From Camelus dromedarius (Eukaryota), in contig NC_087438.1 in NCBI RefSeq assembly GCF_036321535.1, forward strand, positions 2,668,001 through 2,732,000: 64,000 bases of DNA, written 5' to 3'. The position numbers and the translations under genes were made by a program. The notes under the pieces are model-generated. The model saw nothing but the letters and a program-made list of their open reading frames with translations. It ran no database searches and was not told the origin of the DNA. Position 1 is the stretch's first letter, and every line of letters begins with the position of its first letter. Shown piece by piece: positions 11,519-25,201 of the stretch.

Positions 11519-14500
11519 CTAAAGACAAGAACATTCAGGAAACAATGTCTGTAACCCCTATAGAGAAAGGGACAAAAAAAACCAAAGTTTATGCAGTCAC
11601 CAGGAGCAATTAGACTTCCAAACACGTCATGGCTCTGCTCAGTACATTTACAAAACCATGTGTTCCAAAATATACCTGACCCAGTATTAGAACCTAGAAA
11701 AACCGGTGTATCACAAATGAAGGCTGACAGCCTGCAGCTTCAGCTGGATGTGGAATGAGCCAAAGTCACCTTTTATCTCCTTAGTCTCACTGTAATCTGT
11801 GGTAAGACTTTGAAGGTAAATTTGGATGTTTTTAGAGGGGGGAGTTTGCAGCCAGGGCATCAGAATTATAATCTTGATTCAATTGTGTTACACCCCATGT
11901 GTCTAATTTGTACAGCTGAGCGTCCAGTAAATAAAATATTCAAAACTATTTCCCAGAAAATGTGCCCTTCACTGTATTGATTTCTATCAAAGCTATCTAA
12001 AACTTCGCAGAGTCGACCTTTTCTTCCTTAAAGACAAAATATTCCTCCAGAGTGACAGCACTGAAATGCTACCAGGTGGAAACCCTTTGGTGAGGTGCGT
12101 GCCATCAGGAGTGATGGACGAAGGTGCCCACGTCGGAAGGCAGCCTGTTTTCCCAAAAATCGATAATCCCGTGGCCGGAGGGCATCTGTGCCCCCTGGGG
12201 AGGGCCTCCCGGTCCCATTCCCACCGTGACCAGCGGCCCCACTTCCCAGTTCCTGGAAATCACTATGTTCCTAGTTACAGCGTAAGCCTCCAAGGTTTGC
12301 CAAATTTTACTGAAGTTTTTCCAGGACTGTTTTCAGCAGAATTATTGGTTTTCAGCCTTACTGACACGACAGCCTTAAACACGTTATGCAGAAAGATGGA
12401 GTGAAAGTTAGAAACGCTGGAACGGCTGTGGTCTGACTGTCAGCCCAGTCACTTAGAGAGAGAAAAGCAGGTCAGCCACGCCCGTTTCCACTTGTGCTGC
12501 AGGTTCTCTGAGCAGGACACACGCAGAGGACGTGTTCAGGGCTTGGGCTGAGGAACGGGGACATGGGGACTGACCAGGGCACAGGGCTTAAGGGCTGGGA
12601 GAAGTCACTCACCAAGATCAGCACTGTCTCAGTGAAAAACTAAACATCAACATTATCGCAAAGCATCTGTGATGCATCAAATGTAAAATTGTAAACAGAG
12701 ACAGGATCCCGGTCCCTGCCGTCCCCCTGCATCCGGCCCCTGCACGGCCTGACGCGCCGGGCACCGCACAGCACGGTAGTCCCTGCGCTCTTGGCGGCAC
12801 CCTCTCCAGGACGGGATAGTCGGGGTCAGCGTCCCTTCTCCCTGCCGTCATGGGGGAAACAGGACAGAGGAGAAGAGGGGAGGAGATGTGCTGAAGGCCT
12901 GCTCTGCACCAGATGCTGTGAAGGTCACCTTCATGTATGTCCACATCGATATAAAAATATATACGTACGTGTCTGCCGTGCGTACACACGTGCACACACA
13001 CACGTGGGCATGTGTGTACGTGCCACCATATCGGTTATGTTATTATGTATTTTAACTCCTGATACAATTCTGTAAGGCCAAGTCAGTTCATACACATTTA
13101 TATGCAATTTCTTTCAAATATGGAGTCGGTTTCTTCTGTCCTCAGCGTCACAGCTCATAGAAAGCTTCCCTGGTCGCTCCCAGCCACAGCCCTGCAAGTC
13201 AGGCCGGGACGCTCAGGCCGGGAGAGCCGGCCCGGAGCCGCAGGGGCACGCGCACAGGCAGCCCGGCCCCGGGGTCGCGGAGCGCCTGGGAGTATGATTT
13301 TCAGGAACCCAAAGAACCGCAGGGAATCTTTACATCACTCAGCAGGCGCGGGGAGCGTCTCCGAAGAGGCAGATGTGCACTTTCTGAGTGAGAAGCAGCA
13401 TTCCGTTCCCCACAGAAGAAGAGAGGAAGCGATTGGATCAAGTGGAGCAGGTCACGGTGAGGGTCCCAGCCCTTGGGCCACGTCCCAGGAGCACTCGGAA
13501 CCTTATCCACGTGGAAAGGGGACCTGGGGCTTCAGCAGGCGGGGGGAGCTGTGACTCACGAGCTCTCAGTGGGACCAGATGAGCTGCGTGTGGGAAAGCT
13601 CTCACACTTGTGGAGGAAAGAGAACAGACCCGTCCGAGCTGGGGCAGGTGAGTTCTGCATGTCAGAAAAGGCACGGGGTTGCACGAAAATTCCTAAAGCC
13701 CAGCGAAGGCCCCCTCGAGAGGACCTGAATAAAGACAGAAGGGGAGGAAGCCGCACCGTGGTGGAGGAGGTAACGGCAGACCGGGCGGTGTGCATCGCGG
13801 CACAGAGCACAAGACTGACTCGGCAGAGGGACGCAGTGCGGGTGGGACAGCCCAGGTTCCCGGCATCCGCTGGACGTCTCATTCAGCTCAGATACTCAGT
13901 CTGATAACTTTCCAACTTGCTCTGCTGACCATCTGATGTCCCAGAAAGTAGAGAGAGAATCAAAGGCAACTGTTACTCTGGAAGTGATCTGAGCCACAGC
14001 AACTAGCTGGTGGCTGCAGAGAAAGAGGCAGAAATCTTGGGGACAAGTTGTTGAGTCATCCTGGTGTTTAATATGCCCAGAGAAGACCCCCGCGGGATGA
14101 GACGAGATCTCGCCCAGGGTGATTCTGCAGGTCTCAGAGGATGGTGCACAGGTTTCAAGGCTCTCAAAAGTATGAATCTGATATATAATGTGGTTACTTC
14201 TAAGAGGGAGAGGGCAGAGGGAGGGAGGGAGAGAGAGAGAGAGGACAGGGAGCATGCATAATGGACTCTTTGATAAACTCATATTTCACAAGGACATGTG
14301 GAAAAGATTAAAGGCGGGTTTTTGCACAAAGAACAATGAGAAAGTTAAAATCACATCCTTTAAACATTTTGACAGGAAAGCGAATGCTTAGAATGACCTG
14401 GAGCTTTCAAAATTGATAAAGACAAAACTCAGCTTCTCAGTCCATATTTTAAATCATACAAAGAAGAGCAGGGGAGATCTGGACACACTGCTGGGAATAG

Positions 14501-14579
14501 ACGCCCTGAAAACAGAACTTCCCCAAACTTCTTTCTTCATAGTGACCTACAGGAAACATTACTCTTTAAGTGTGTATTT

Positions 14580-15130
14580 GAAATATTTAACCTCTTGCAA
14601 TTCAATGATAATGAAACAATCTAATGAAATTGGGCAAAAGATTATAGTGGACACTTTGCATAAGAAGATACAAAAATGTTCGCTGAGCACGTGGAAGAGT
14701 GCTCAACCTCATCAATCAACAGGGAAAAGCAAATTAAATTACTACATCCATCGGAATGGCCAATTTTTTTTTTTAATGATAATGCCAAATGTTTCTGAGG
14801 ATGTGGAACAACTGGAACTTTTTTATATTGCTGGTAGAGATGTAAAAAAGCACAAACACTTTATAAAATGTTTGCCAGTTTCTTTTAAAATTAAGTATAC
14901 AGTGATGCGATGGTTCAACAATTCTAACCTTAGGTATTTACTCAAAAGAAATAAAAACATGTCCACAAAATACATATACAAGAAAGTTCATGGCAGTTTT
15001 AATCATCATAGCAAAAAATTAGAGACAGGCAAGGGGTTCATTGACAGGAGAGTGGCTCAACAGTGAGGGGCCAGCAATGGAGTATTACAGAGCAATGAGC
15101 AGGGCCGAGCTTCTGATACAGGCAATGAAT
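14580..15130 (+). mobile_element. Ancient L1M fragment (ORF2 C-terminus/3' UTR)
   Basis: gaggatgtggaacaactggaac...ttgctggtagagatgtaaaa...taggtatttactcaaaagaaataaaaacatgtccacaaaa. Explains ORF 14413-15066. Confidence 0.8.
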
Positions 15131-16055
15131 GCGGTGGGAAATGAAAATGTCCATTAAAAATCTGCTGAAAGGTAGTTTTAATGGAAATGGTGAGTAAAAA
15201 CTTGATGATTAAGGTGAAATATAAAGGTTTGCCTCAGTAAGTGCAACCAGTCTTACAAGGAGGTGGATTTCAGCATGAATGCGAGTCCTCAGGTGGGCGG
15301 AGAGGTGGCGCCCTTCGTGATTCTACCCCGAGCACCTGCTGACCCGGGTCTGACCACCAGGTAGGGACAGAGGAGGGGATTTTTCACAGACAGGTCATCT
15401 GATTAACCCAATCCAAATGAGGTGATTAGCGTACAGACTGCCGTGGATTGGCTACGTTAAGACAAATGCTATTTGTCTATTCTAATTTTTCAACAAATAT
15501 TTGAGCATCATGACATATCTTCTTTGATGAGAAATGTTTGCATTTGTTTTCTGCACAACAAATCATTTTTAAGTTACCAATATGAGAAAATAAATGAGCC
15601 ATTTTGCATTGTTTCAAGCCATCCAGGTACTTTATTTTAAGTTGTGGCCACGTCCACTTCGAAGGAAGGATCCTCACTGCAGTGATGCAGCTTTTGGAAT
15701 TACTGTTTCATTAAGAAGGGTCTTCACACCATCCAGCGGACAGATTCTGCCCCATGCCACACAGCGGGGTCCCTCGACTTGTGGTCCCACCATTTTCTTT
15801 TAAGGATGTTCCCAGGAGGGAGCATCCCGATGCTGGGGCCCTGAGCTGGTACCCAGTTCTGACAGAGGAGTCTGAAGAAGTGTTTCTCAGTGAGGCGACT
15901 CCCTCCACCGTGATGCCAGGGGGCACTGGGACCGTCAGGGACATCCGGTTGTCAGGACTGGGAGGCGGCGTCTGGGGGCAGAGTCCCGAGACGCTGCTCA
16001 ATGTGCGACAGCGTCCACAGTCCTCTGCGGTCTGTGTGTCAGCTCATCACCTTAC

Positions 16056-16375
16056 TGATTGAAATGCTTCTGTAACTGTGACAAGGAAAAGCCAGTGTTC
16101 CCAGAGCCTGTGTAAAGGCTGTTTTCTGAAACACACGTGATGCGTCCGTGTGTGGACAGCTGTGTGCGCGTGCTTTCCTGAATCTTGACCTTTGGTGCTG
16201 ACCCCGCCTCTCTGCCATCCCTCTGAGTGGTCTTCCTTTTGGACCAACTCAAAGAATTGTTTTTTCCTTTGGGGCTTTGGTGAAAACCTTGCTTTTTAAG
16301 ATTCTGTGCATTTCCCCCTTCACATTTATTTCTGTTGTGATTATTTTTCATAACTAACTCCCTTATGAATGTTAC
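16056..16375 (-). pseudogene. Candidate linker exon, 320 bp, open frame
   Basis: ccttccccattttgcccaaaag acceptor and CA|gtaagg donor. Hydrophilic K/S/N/Q-rich translation. Confidence 0.3.
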
Positions 16376-17243
16376 CTTTTGGGCAAAATGGGGAAGGAGA
16401 CCCTTTTGAAGAGCACCGCCACTAGAATGTGACGTGGCCGAGATGAATTATACGGATGTCTGCTTATGCACTTGCATCAATCTTACATGTGTGTACATAC
16501 ACGAACGTACACACACATTCATGCACACACGTATCCTTAAAACCCTAACTTACACATTTAAAAATATACTTTCTTTCTATTTGAAAGATGCGTCACTAGA
16601 AGAAATGGCTCAGCCATCTAGCTGGAGTTCAAAGTATTTGAGGAAATGCTTTCAGGATCTCAAATCAGTGGCAAGAATTTCTGGTGAAACACTGACGAGT
16701 GTCCAGGGTCAGCTACCATGAGAAAGATGGACAAGTAATCTCCATCTGGGTGAAAAACATGATGTGTGTTTTATCAAGAGAGCCAAGAGGAAAGTGGTGG
16801 AGCCTGTCCTGCGTGTGTGCTGCCCAGTGATGCTGGGTGAGAATTCACTCCGTCTCGCTCCCACACCCAAAGGGCAGGTGTCTTGTCGGTCCTTTGTGAT
16901 GGGAACTGTGCCTGGGAGGGGCACTGGCTGGCGGCGCCCGCTTCCGCTCAGCTCCACACTTTAACAGATTCCAAGTTTGCTCTCAAGTCTAAGAGCTGGA
17001 AGCGCTCACAGCCTCGAATTCCTGGGGTTTACAGACAAGAGACTCAAAGTGCTATGGAAGGACTTGGCTTGCCCCAGGACCACCGCGAGGGAGCAACCGA
17101 CTGTGCTCTACACCCAGAATGGCTGGACTTTCTCTGCACTAGCCAGGGAGGAAAAGGTTTGTTTTTCCTCCAGCAAGGTAAGATTTCAGTTGTTATCATC
17201 TTCCTCCCACAGCCCAGTCTTCAAAAACCAGCCTAAGCCTCAC

Positions 17244-17414
17244 CCCGGCGTGGAGAATCCCCGTCCGCTCTGGTGTGACCTGGTCTCTTTTCTCTGAATT
17301 CCTGTAACATTATTTGATTGTTTAGTTGATCATACATGTTTATTCTGAGTGCCATCTTTCCCAAAACATCCTGGCGAAAGGATTCTTCAGCTTCTTTAAT
17401 CCTCACTGTAACTT
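17244..17414 (-). pseudogene. Candidate internal exon, 171 bp, open, phase 1-1
   Basis: tcttttttattgtcgatgcatctag acceptor and G|gtgagg donor. Encodes EVTVRIKEAEESFRQDVLGKMALRINMYDQLNNQIMLQEFREK... No recognised homolog. Confidence 0.4.
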
Positions 17415-20400
17415 CTAGATGCATCGACAATAAAAAAGACCATAAACATAACAATCCACAACTGTACATAAATGCGTACGTAAGCCTTTCATTTAAGATC
17501 TCAGTTAATGGCCTTCTGAAGTTTTTGGTTATTCACTTACTTAAAGCAGACATTTACTAACCTAGATTTGTGACCAAAATAGTTGTTTTTTTCCTGAAAA
17601 ATTCTAGTGATGATTGATGAATTGTATCCACTTGTCTCTCTAGTTCACCTGCCAGTATCTCAGCCTCTGCAGACCTTTCTTTGGAACAGCCTCTCTCGCT
17701 CTCTGAAGACAATCTCCCTTTTCATGGTGAACTCTGTTTCTTATCGATATTTGTGTCATTCTGTGCATGTGATGGACTTCCCTTTGTAAGAGGGAGGACT
17801 CATCATAGACATCGGCAAGACCCCAGACTTTCTCTGCGTTCAGTATGTGTATAGGATGTGTAAGAGGTGGCTTTGTACATTTTGAGAAACTACCTCCCAA
17901 GTTTAAATTTATTGCTAACAAGCCCACCACTAAAGCCACCCCGCACACCCACAGGCATCTAATGAAGCCCGGTACAGTGCTGAATCTCATCAGAGCGATT
18001 TGACAAGTTACAAAAATCTTACACAAAATCGAAGCCTAAAAGGCAACAGTTGGAATGGATTTTCATCAAGTAGGGGTTTTAGAATTAAGCATAGAGACTA
18101 TTCGTATATTGGTGTTATACAATAATACATAAAGGAAGCGATATTTTATAGAGTCAATGAGAAAACCAGTCGACCATAAAATGAAAAAACAGCTGTGCGT
18201 TCTCGTTGACAAAGGCCAAGAATCTAGAAGAAGAGAAGGAGCCACTCAGAAAAACCTGCACAGAATTCAAGGTGCATTAACAATAAAGCACTGAAAACAC
18301 AATTAATGTTATCACTACACTCAGCTGACTCTCAAATAACATTCATTTATCCCACTAGTTGAACATCGGTGTTTTAGGATGAATCAAAATCACCACCATA
18401 GGAAACATGCAGGTTGATAACTCACAGCCAGAACTGAGGACCATTAAAATGGGTAAAACCAACCAACAAACAAGAAGATGGAAACGCCGTGTACCAAGAA
18501 CACCGGAAGTCGCCCACAAGCACGTTTTGCTGAAAACTCTTACACGCCGTGGGACACACACAGACACCCGTGGTCTGTGCGGAGAACACGCATGAGCAGG
18601 AGGAGGCCCGTTAGGGAGGGAGGCGGAGTTACTGCTAACATCGCGAGAGCAGCAACGAAGCCTGCTTTGCAGAAAGCACCTCCCCTACCTCCCCGACAGG
18701 GCTTTCCTTCGAGAAAACCAAGACCCAGACGTGCCCAGGACCACACAGCCAGCAAAGCGCGAGGGGCCTGAACACGGCCCTCACTCCAGGGAGCCCTCCC
18801 CAGGCTCCACAGCCACCGCCCTCCCGGGGGAGCTGTCACCTGAGATCCTGGGATGAGCTTCTGTGTTCTGTTTCACTTTTTCTTTTCTTTTTTGTCTATT
18901 AATTCAAAGATATAATCAACTTGATAAATACAGAACATTGACTCTGTAGGCGTTAGCACTGTTGATTTTATTCGCCGGGCAAGCCTTCCATTTCTGCACG
19001 GTGGCCTGCTACCACATTCGTGCAGTTACTGGACTTGGAGTTTCTGAGCTGGGCACCTGTCCCTGCCGCCCCCGTGGTTTACTGGGAGCTCACCTCCGAG
19101 CCGGGGGTGAGCCACCCTGCCAAGGAGCCCGCATACCTTGCCCGAGGCCCTGCTCCTGCAGACTTGCAGTCACAGGGGCCATCACAAGGTGCAGTGACAG
19201 TCCCATCACCACCACAGCCTGTGGGCTGGCCCTCCCACCGCTTAGAGGTTAGCCATAAATAAACATCCTGTAAAAACGTTTGAGAGACGTATAAAATCTT
19301 AGCTTATGTGATTTCATTGATGGGATAATTGAGGGCAGGGCACATAGAAATACTTGAAAGTCTGAGTGATCCTCTTGGAATATTTATACTGATTAAACAA
19401 ACCAGATAACTTAAGAATTCCTTCTATATTTCATATTTTTATATACAATCTAATTTCTTAAGATGCATAAAAGTCTGCTTATTGTGACAATGATATTGTG
19501 AGTTGAAAAAGGGTATTTGATGATAAGAAATGTTTGTAATAGCTTAGTCAATAGTTTGTTGAAAGTCAAAGATTAATGGTACGTTTTAAAAAGAATTGGC
19601 TTGAACTTAGAAATGCATCTTTGTCAAATAGCCAGCCCAGAGGACGGTCTGGGAACGTCCTGGGGAAATCACACGCAGTGGTACATGGTACAGCCCTCCC
19701 TGACGAGAGCGGGAGACTTGCTCTCTGCTGAGCAAAGAGGAGCCTTGGCGTGGAAACCAATTAAAAAGAAAAGAAAGCTTTCAAGCCCAAAAATGTTTAG
19801 TCTAGGTACTAATGTTCAGGCTCCACCGTGCCCAAGCAGATGTGTCTCCTCCGAGTGAATAAATCTTGGTAATGGCCCTCCCACCAGCCGCCAGGGCCCA
19901 GGCTGTGAGACCCTCTTTAATTTACAGGGAGAAGCAACCGTCCTTTCACGTTTGCACATGACGTCACGGCGAGGCGGACACAAACGCGGGATGGAGAGGA
20001 AACCCCGGCGGTGCGGCCGTGAGTGGATCCTGCACCCCTTGGCCAGGCGTCACCAGGAGCAGGTGTCCTGTGGGTACCAGCCATGGGGACCACGCTGCCC
20101 ATTTTGCTAACCAGTTCGGGGTCACAGGCACACCTCTGCCCTTCGGTTTCCTTCTTGCTGTGGCCCTGGAGTTGTGTCTCACTGGTTCAGGGAAGACAGA
20201 TCAATTGCTCGAGGGTGGTGAAATGCCAGAGGCTGTCATGGACTGTCATTTGCTTGTTCTGTAACAAACAGTCTACAATACACTGTTTATAAACCACCTC
20301 GGGTACCACACAGATCCAAAACATTTCCTTTTCTGAAACAAATTTTTGATGCATGGGCTTCACACCGCAATCCGGGTTTTCTTTTCAGCAAAGCAAATAA

Positions 20401-20719
20401 GAATGCACTCTGAATTTTAGTCAGTCTTGTCTTGTCTACTACACTGAGATAAAGTATTCAAGTGTGGACTAAACACCGAAAGGTGGATGCCTCTTGGAGG
20501 GGAAGGGAATGGAAATCCACGAGTGAATGAATGATTCCACAGGTGTTTGTCAAGTGCCAGTTGTGGGCCAGACGCGGGGCTGCTGCCCACAGCCAAGCCT
20601 TCTCTCTGGGGACATGCTCGGCAATTATAACACAGCACGGTGAGGCCGGGATGCAGACACGCCCCTGTCAGCACCCAATGGGGCACATGGGGAACGTGAG
20701 CTCTGGAGAAATGTGACAT

Positions 20720-20880
20720 CAAACCCAGGCTCTGCCGTCTGCTAGCCGTGTGACTCTGGCCAAGTGACACACTCAGTTTTCTCATCTATATATTGAGGAC
20801 AATAATAGAACATTTGTGGGGCTTCAGTGGGGGGAAAGCAGGAGAATGTAGGGCTTCCCAGCACAGTACCTGCATCATGA
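20720..20880 (+). mobile_element. MIR SINE
   Basis: ccaggctctgcc...ctagccgtgtgactctggccaagt...ctcagttttctcatctata. Confidence 0.7.
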
Positions 20881-22000
20881 GAATCACAGACATTTATCCG
20901 CATCCTGACCCGGGAGAAGGGTGGGGAGAGAGAAGGGAGAATTCCTAAACAAGTTGGGGCCTGAGTTGTACCCTAAAAGGAGAGCAGGAGTCAGCCAGTG
21001 GCGGGGGGGGGGGGTGGTTGGTGAGGGGCAGGAGGAGGAGGAAAGCCGGGCTCGAGTCTCCTTTAGGATGGATGGGCCCACGGAACTCCATCACTGCCCC
21101 GGCTGGCCGGGCTGAGGGGGGGCGGGGGCTGTGTGAGGACCTCACCTGCCCACACGCGCTCCCCGCCGCCCTGCGGAGCCCACGCGCTGACAGACAAGAT
21201 AGACGCCCCCTTGGCAGCATCAGTACCGTCAAGTCATTTAAGGAGATGGTTTTACTTCCAAGGTCTGTTAGCTCAGAATAAATGTTAACAGTAAACGCCC
21301 ATCACGAACCCAATAATACCTTAAGATACGCTGGTAATTAACTGCCAAAGTGTCTCTTGGTAGCATTCACGTTGCGTGTTTTATAAAGGGCGAAGCAGCG
21401 TGCTTTCACACGGGGTCACGTGTCTCTTGGAATAACATGAAGTTCCCCAAAGGTGCTGGCCTTGGAGACACAGAAGTGAGGAGGGGTTTTGAACAGAAGA
21501 GCCTTGCACCACAGGATTTGTGTTTTAGATGAATGGCCCTGGCTGCTGTGCGGGCTGATGTGAAGATGGGCGCTTCAGTTAGCAGGTCACCCAGGGGGCT
21601 TTTGCACCCATGCGGCGGAGGGCGGAGGGTGCCTGCAGACCGTCACGGCGGCAGAGCTCGCAGGAGTGGAAGTGTGTGGGGAGTGTTTGGAGGTGACACA
21701 TGACACCTCCGGCCTCATCACGGCACCCTCCTGCCTGAAGGCTTCACTGTGCTCTAGTCTGGGAACCAGACTGCAGACTCCTGGGGATGCAGGCATCTCT
21801 CAAATGCCACCCTCTCCCCTCGGGGGAGGTTTTCCAGGGTCCCCAACTGACGCTGTCACTCTGGCCCCCCCCCCGACCCCCAGTCCTTATTGGGTTTCCC
21901 CGCTGGCCCCTGTCCTGTTTCTGGGACAGTCTACATGTGACTGGCTCACTCTGTCACTCGCCTGCCCGGCCACCTCCGCGCCCCGGCTGGGGTCATCTCC

Positions 22001-22140
22001 CTGTCTTATTCATAGTTGTTCTGGGCTGAGCTGAATTTCACATGCTGATGCCCTAACGCTCAGCAGCACAGAATGCGACTGGATTATACTATCATGAAAC
22101 AGAAAAGCTTGTTTTTCCGCATTTATACAGATTATTCTGA
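22001..22140 (-). pseudogene. Relic exon (CCDC141 'GLEEGQ...EEKLK' exon)
   Basis: Strong acceptor ttatttttttctttttccaag. SIIQSHSVLLSVRASACEIQLSPEQL vs KIVTKHKEVLESVTELCESLTELEEKL. Confidence 0.6.
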
Positions 22141-22260
22141 CTTGGAAAAAGAAAAAAATAAGGCACATTTTAAAAACATAATAACCCCCAAAATTTAATG
22201 AGGTGATTATGTTTTTTTTATAAAAAGTGGCACAGCTATCAAATGCATGCACAATCATAC

Positions 22261-22386
22261 ACATTTGTGTATTTTTTGTCACTTTATGCTAATACATTTG
22301 AATTTATTTCATTTCTAAACAATCTCAAATGTATCTTTTTCGACCACCAGCAATGCATTTCCTTTACTTCTCAGAGCCAAAAATAT
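22261..22386 (-). pseudogene. Relic exon (CCDC141 'CHFWYED' exon)
   Basis: YFWL*E / NALLVVEKDTFE vs HFWYED / SATVVRVGKYSTE. Acceptor ttttataag, donor |gtatga. Confidence 0.55.
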
Positions 22387-23244
22387 CTTATAAAATCAGT
22401 TCCAATGAAATACATTAAATGTATATAAAGTGACTCAAAATTTCTGTGTAAACTACACGTACACCAGGAGATGAGAGTGTCAGAGCATCTCACGCACAAA
22501 GCAGAGGTCAGTTGTTATTGCTGAATAAATAAAGGATGCAGACAATTCACGTGAGACGAGGTGCAGAAAGCAAACAGTCAGAAAAGGGGTATCATTCCTA
22601 AACTCAAAGAAACCCACAGAAAATTAAGAATATTAAATTAACCAAACACAGGAAAGCATTTAAAATAAGTAAGTGTCAATACCGTCTTGCTAAAATAAGA
22701 ATCTATCCACACACATACACCTGTAAAATTCTGGTAAAGTGATGGCTCCGGGCGCACAGCGTTTGGCTGGTGTTGGTGTAGAGCCACCCCTCGGCTGATG
22801 CTTCATTTCCACCCGCTTCCTGGTGGCACCGCTGTTCCTCTGGGGGAACCGCCTCCCTCCAGCTGCGGCTGGAGCCAGTGGGTGAGTAGTCATGGGCTCT
22901 GGTCTCCCTGCAGTGGGGGAAAGAGCAGCGCCCCCCCTTCCTTCTCCAGGAGCGTGGGATGGGCTTGCTGGCACACGGGCAAGTCAGGTGAAGGCGGAGT
23001 GAACAGCGACTGCCCAGCTACTTCTGTCCGGGGAGAAGCTGCGTCTCAGCTCTCCAGAACATCCTGTGTGTCCTCCACCCCCCACCCCGATTTTCTAGCC
23101 CCCGGAGGTCATCTGAATCTCCAAAACCTGTCCAATAAATGTGCTTTGCTTAATTACCCACGACCAACGGTTTCCGTTCAAGAAATCCAGCCAATAAATA
23201 CAGGTGAAGAGCTGTAAACATGCCTGTCGCTTGAAAATAAGCTA

Positions 23245-23469
23245 CTCCCACGAGTTTCTGTAAACGCGTTGTTTCTTTGTCTTAAAACACAGTTTCCTGG
23301 TGCCCACGTCCTCCTCCAAGGTCTTGGGAACTAGAAGTAGATGCCCCCTCAGCTTATCGGTGATCTCACGATGGACGTTTAAATCTCCTTGGAGTGAGTG
23401 ATTACACTCGGAAGCTTTATTTTCCAGGACGAGGGGGTGGGTCTGTGCAGGAGCTGCTCCTTTGAAGGC
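23245..23469 (-). pseudogene. Relic exon (CCDC141 'ALKRK...VIEE' exon)
   Basis: Open frame AFK...DLNVHREITDKLRGHL...WE vs ALK...KVNVLLEVMKDLQKHV...EE. A gt follows at the homologous end. Confidence 0.6.
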
Positions 23470-24099
23470 TGTCGGTCCATCCATCACTCTCGCCCTCCCA
23501 AAGCATGCTGTGTTATTACCACTTTGCTGCAGTCGTCCCTGCTCTCAGTCCAGGACCCTCCCAGACCACCCGACTATTCTCAGGCATCGGAACTCCAGGG
23601 TTATGAATTACAGAACCACACCATACATCAGCTTGCGGGGAAAGATGGCGTGTGTGGTGGGGGAGGCACATTTCCAGTCCCAGATAACTAGGAGATCCCA
23701 AGTCGGAATCGGCCTGGTAACAGCATGAGTTGAAGTCCCAACAGGGACATGTGACCTGGCCCTTTTCCTACCCCACCTCCAGCTCTGTGCTTCATGCACA
23801 TGCCTGCCTGTTCCGCAGCAGCTCCGCACACGGCTGCGCGGTGGCCCGTCTCAGAAGGATGCCTTCACCAGGGGAAGGGAATTATAATGATGAAGACAGT
23901 GAGCTCAAAAGTTGGCAGTTAATACTTTGTGTAAAGGGACCGTAAGGGATTTCTTTTCTTTTTTAAATTACTTAAGCATCATAAAATAATTTTAACTTTT
24001 AAGAAAAATCTAGTTTGATTTGACTGTTCCCACCATGAATTTGAAGAGAACTCTTCATTATTTGCTGAAACTTTTGGTCCCACTTTATGAAAATACTTT

Positions 24100-24293
24100 C
24101 TATACTAGAGCAATATTAGAAGAAAGGGATTTGCTTTTTTCATCTTCTGCTTTTTTTTTCTTTTGTTCTGTTTCGTCTGTGTGAAAAGAAAGAATCCTGT
24201 GCTGTACAACAACCAAGTTTTTTTTTTTTTCAATCCTTAGGCTTTCAAGACACTCAATAAAAGTTATCTTTTCATTAAATAACACACTTTCCC
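24100..24293 (-). pseudogene. Relic exon (about CCDC141 exon 17)
   Basis: Strong acceptor ttttttatttcctgcag. VQHRILSFHTDETEQKKKKAEDEKSKSLSSNI vs LQQQLELLEEDSMKWRAKAEEYGRTLSRSV. Confidence 0.6.
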
Positions 24294-24959
24294 CTGCAGG
24301 AAATAAAAAAATAAATAAATAAGGTGGTGTCCTGAAACAGTTTTGGTCTGGATATTTATTCTCTCTGCCCCTCCGGGGACAAAGACTTTCTCAACAGGGA
24401 ATCACTGTTGTGTGATACGTCAAGGCCGCCAGCACATCCAGGATCTTTTAAATGATGCCGTGAGTCTGGATGGGGCTGTTTGGACTGGAGACTGGCACCC
24501 GATCGATGAGGGACCCACGCTGGGGTGTGCGGTGGCGCAGCGGGAGGGTCCACAGCATGGGCACCGAGCAGGCTGTGATTCTGAGCGCGGCTCGGGTGCT
24601 CTGCCAGGCAGCCTCACACGCCGGGATGTAAGGTGCGACCTGACTGCCCTCTGATTTTGAAAAATGCCAGAAGTCTGTGTACAGGCCGAGCATGTCTCTG
24701 AACAGCACGGGTTTCAGCAACTTAACAGGTCCCAGCAGCAGCGAGAAAGGATGGGAGGCTGCACTCAGCATCAGCCCAGCGGAGGGCCCCACGGGGAGCA
24801 CCAGTGCGTCGGGGCCGACGCTCTGCAGAGGCGGGCAAGGTCAGGCTTCCAAGTACCGTCTACCCCTTGGAAAAGAATCACTGTTTTGTGGTGGGGGCTG
24901 TGATTGACTTAAAAAACAACAAAAAATACACCTAGATGTTACTTTGTAAGGCATTCCCT

Positions 24960-25201
24960 TAATTGGAAGTGTTGTATTTTATGCACGTCTGAGGGTTTAT
25001 GATGAAATCTTTGTGGAGAGCATCGAAAATGACTGCTTTGTTGGGTGCTGGGGAATCTGCAGACACTCGGGACAAAGCTCCAGGGAGAAACTCTTGTTCC
25101 CCGGTCAGTGTATCTTTATATGTTTTGTAAAGAAGAACCATGCTAGACCTAACTGGTTGATAGGATACATATTGTCGCAGCTTAGTTAAGTTCTTCATAA
25201 G
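24960..25201 (-). pseudogene. Relic exon (about CCDC141 exon 16)
   Basis: Strong acceptor ttgattttattctttcag. LMKNLTKLRQYVSYQP...VIFDALHK vs LGRLIKSRELEFVEQP...DIISSVQR. Confidence 0.5.

Noticed and set aside
14413..15066. Longest ORF (217 aa)
   Set aside because: It runs through a decayed L1 ORF2 3' fragment in shifting frames and is not a host gene.
17650..17800. LFQRKVCRG*DTG resembling Ig 'KVCKADAG'
   Set aside because: Short match, no convincing acceptor, and out of order; may be chance.
23900..23995. Possible relic of the LKDSFKD exon (LKLFYD...SINCQL)
   Set aside because: The position fits the series, but it is heavily deleted, stop-ridden and AT-rich, so it is not supportable alone.
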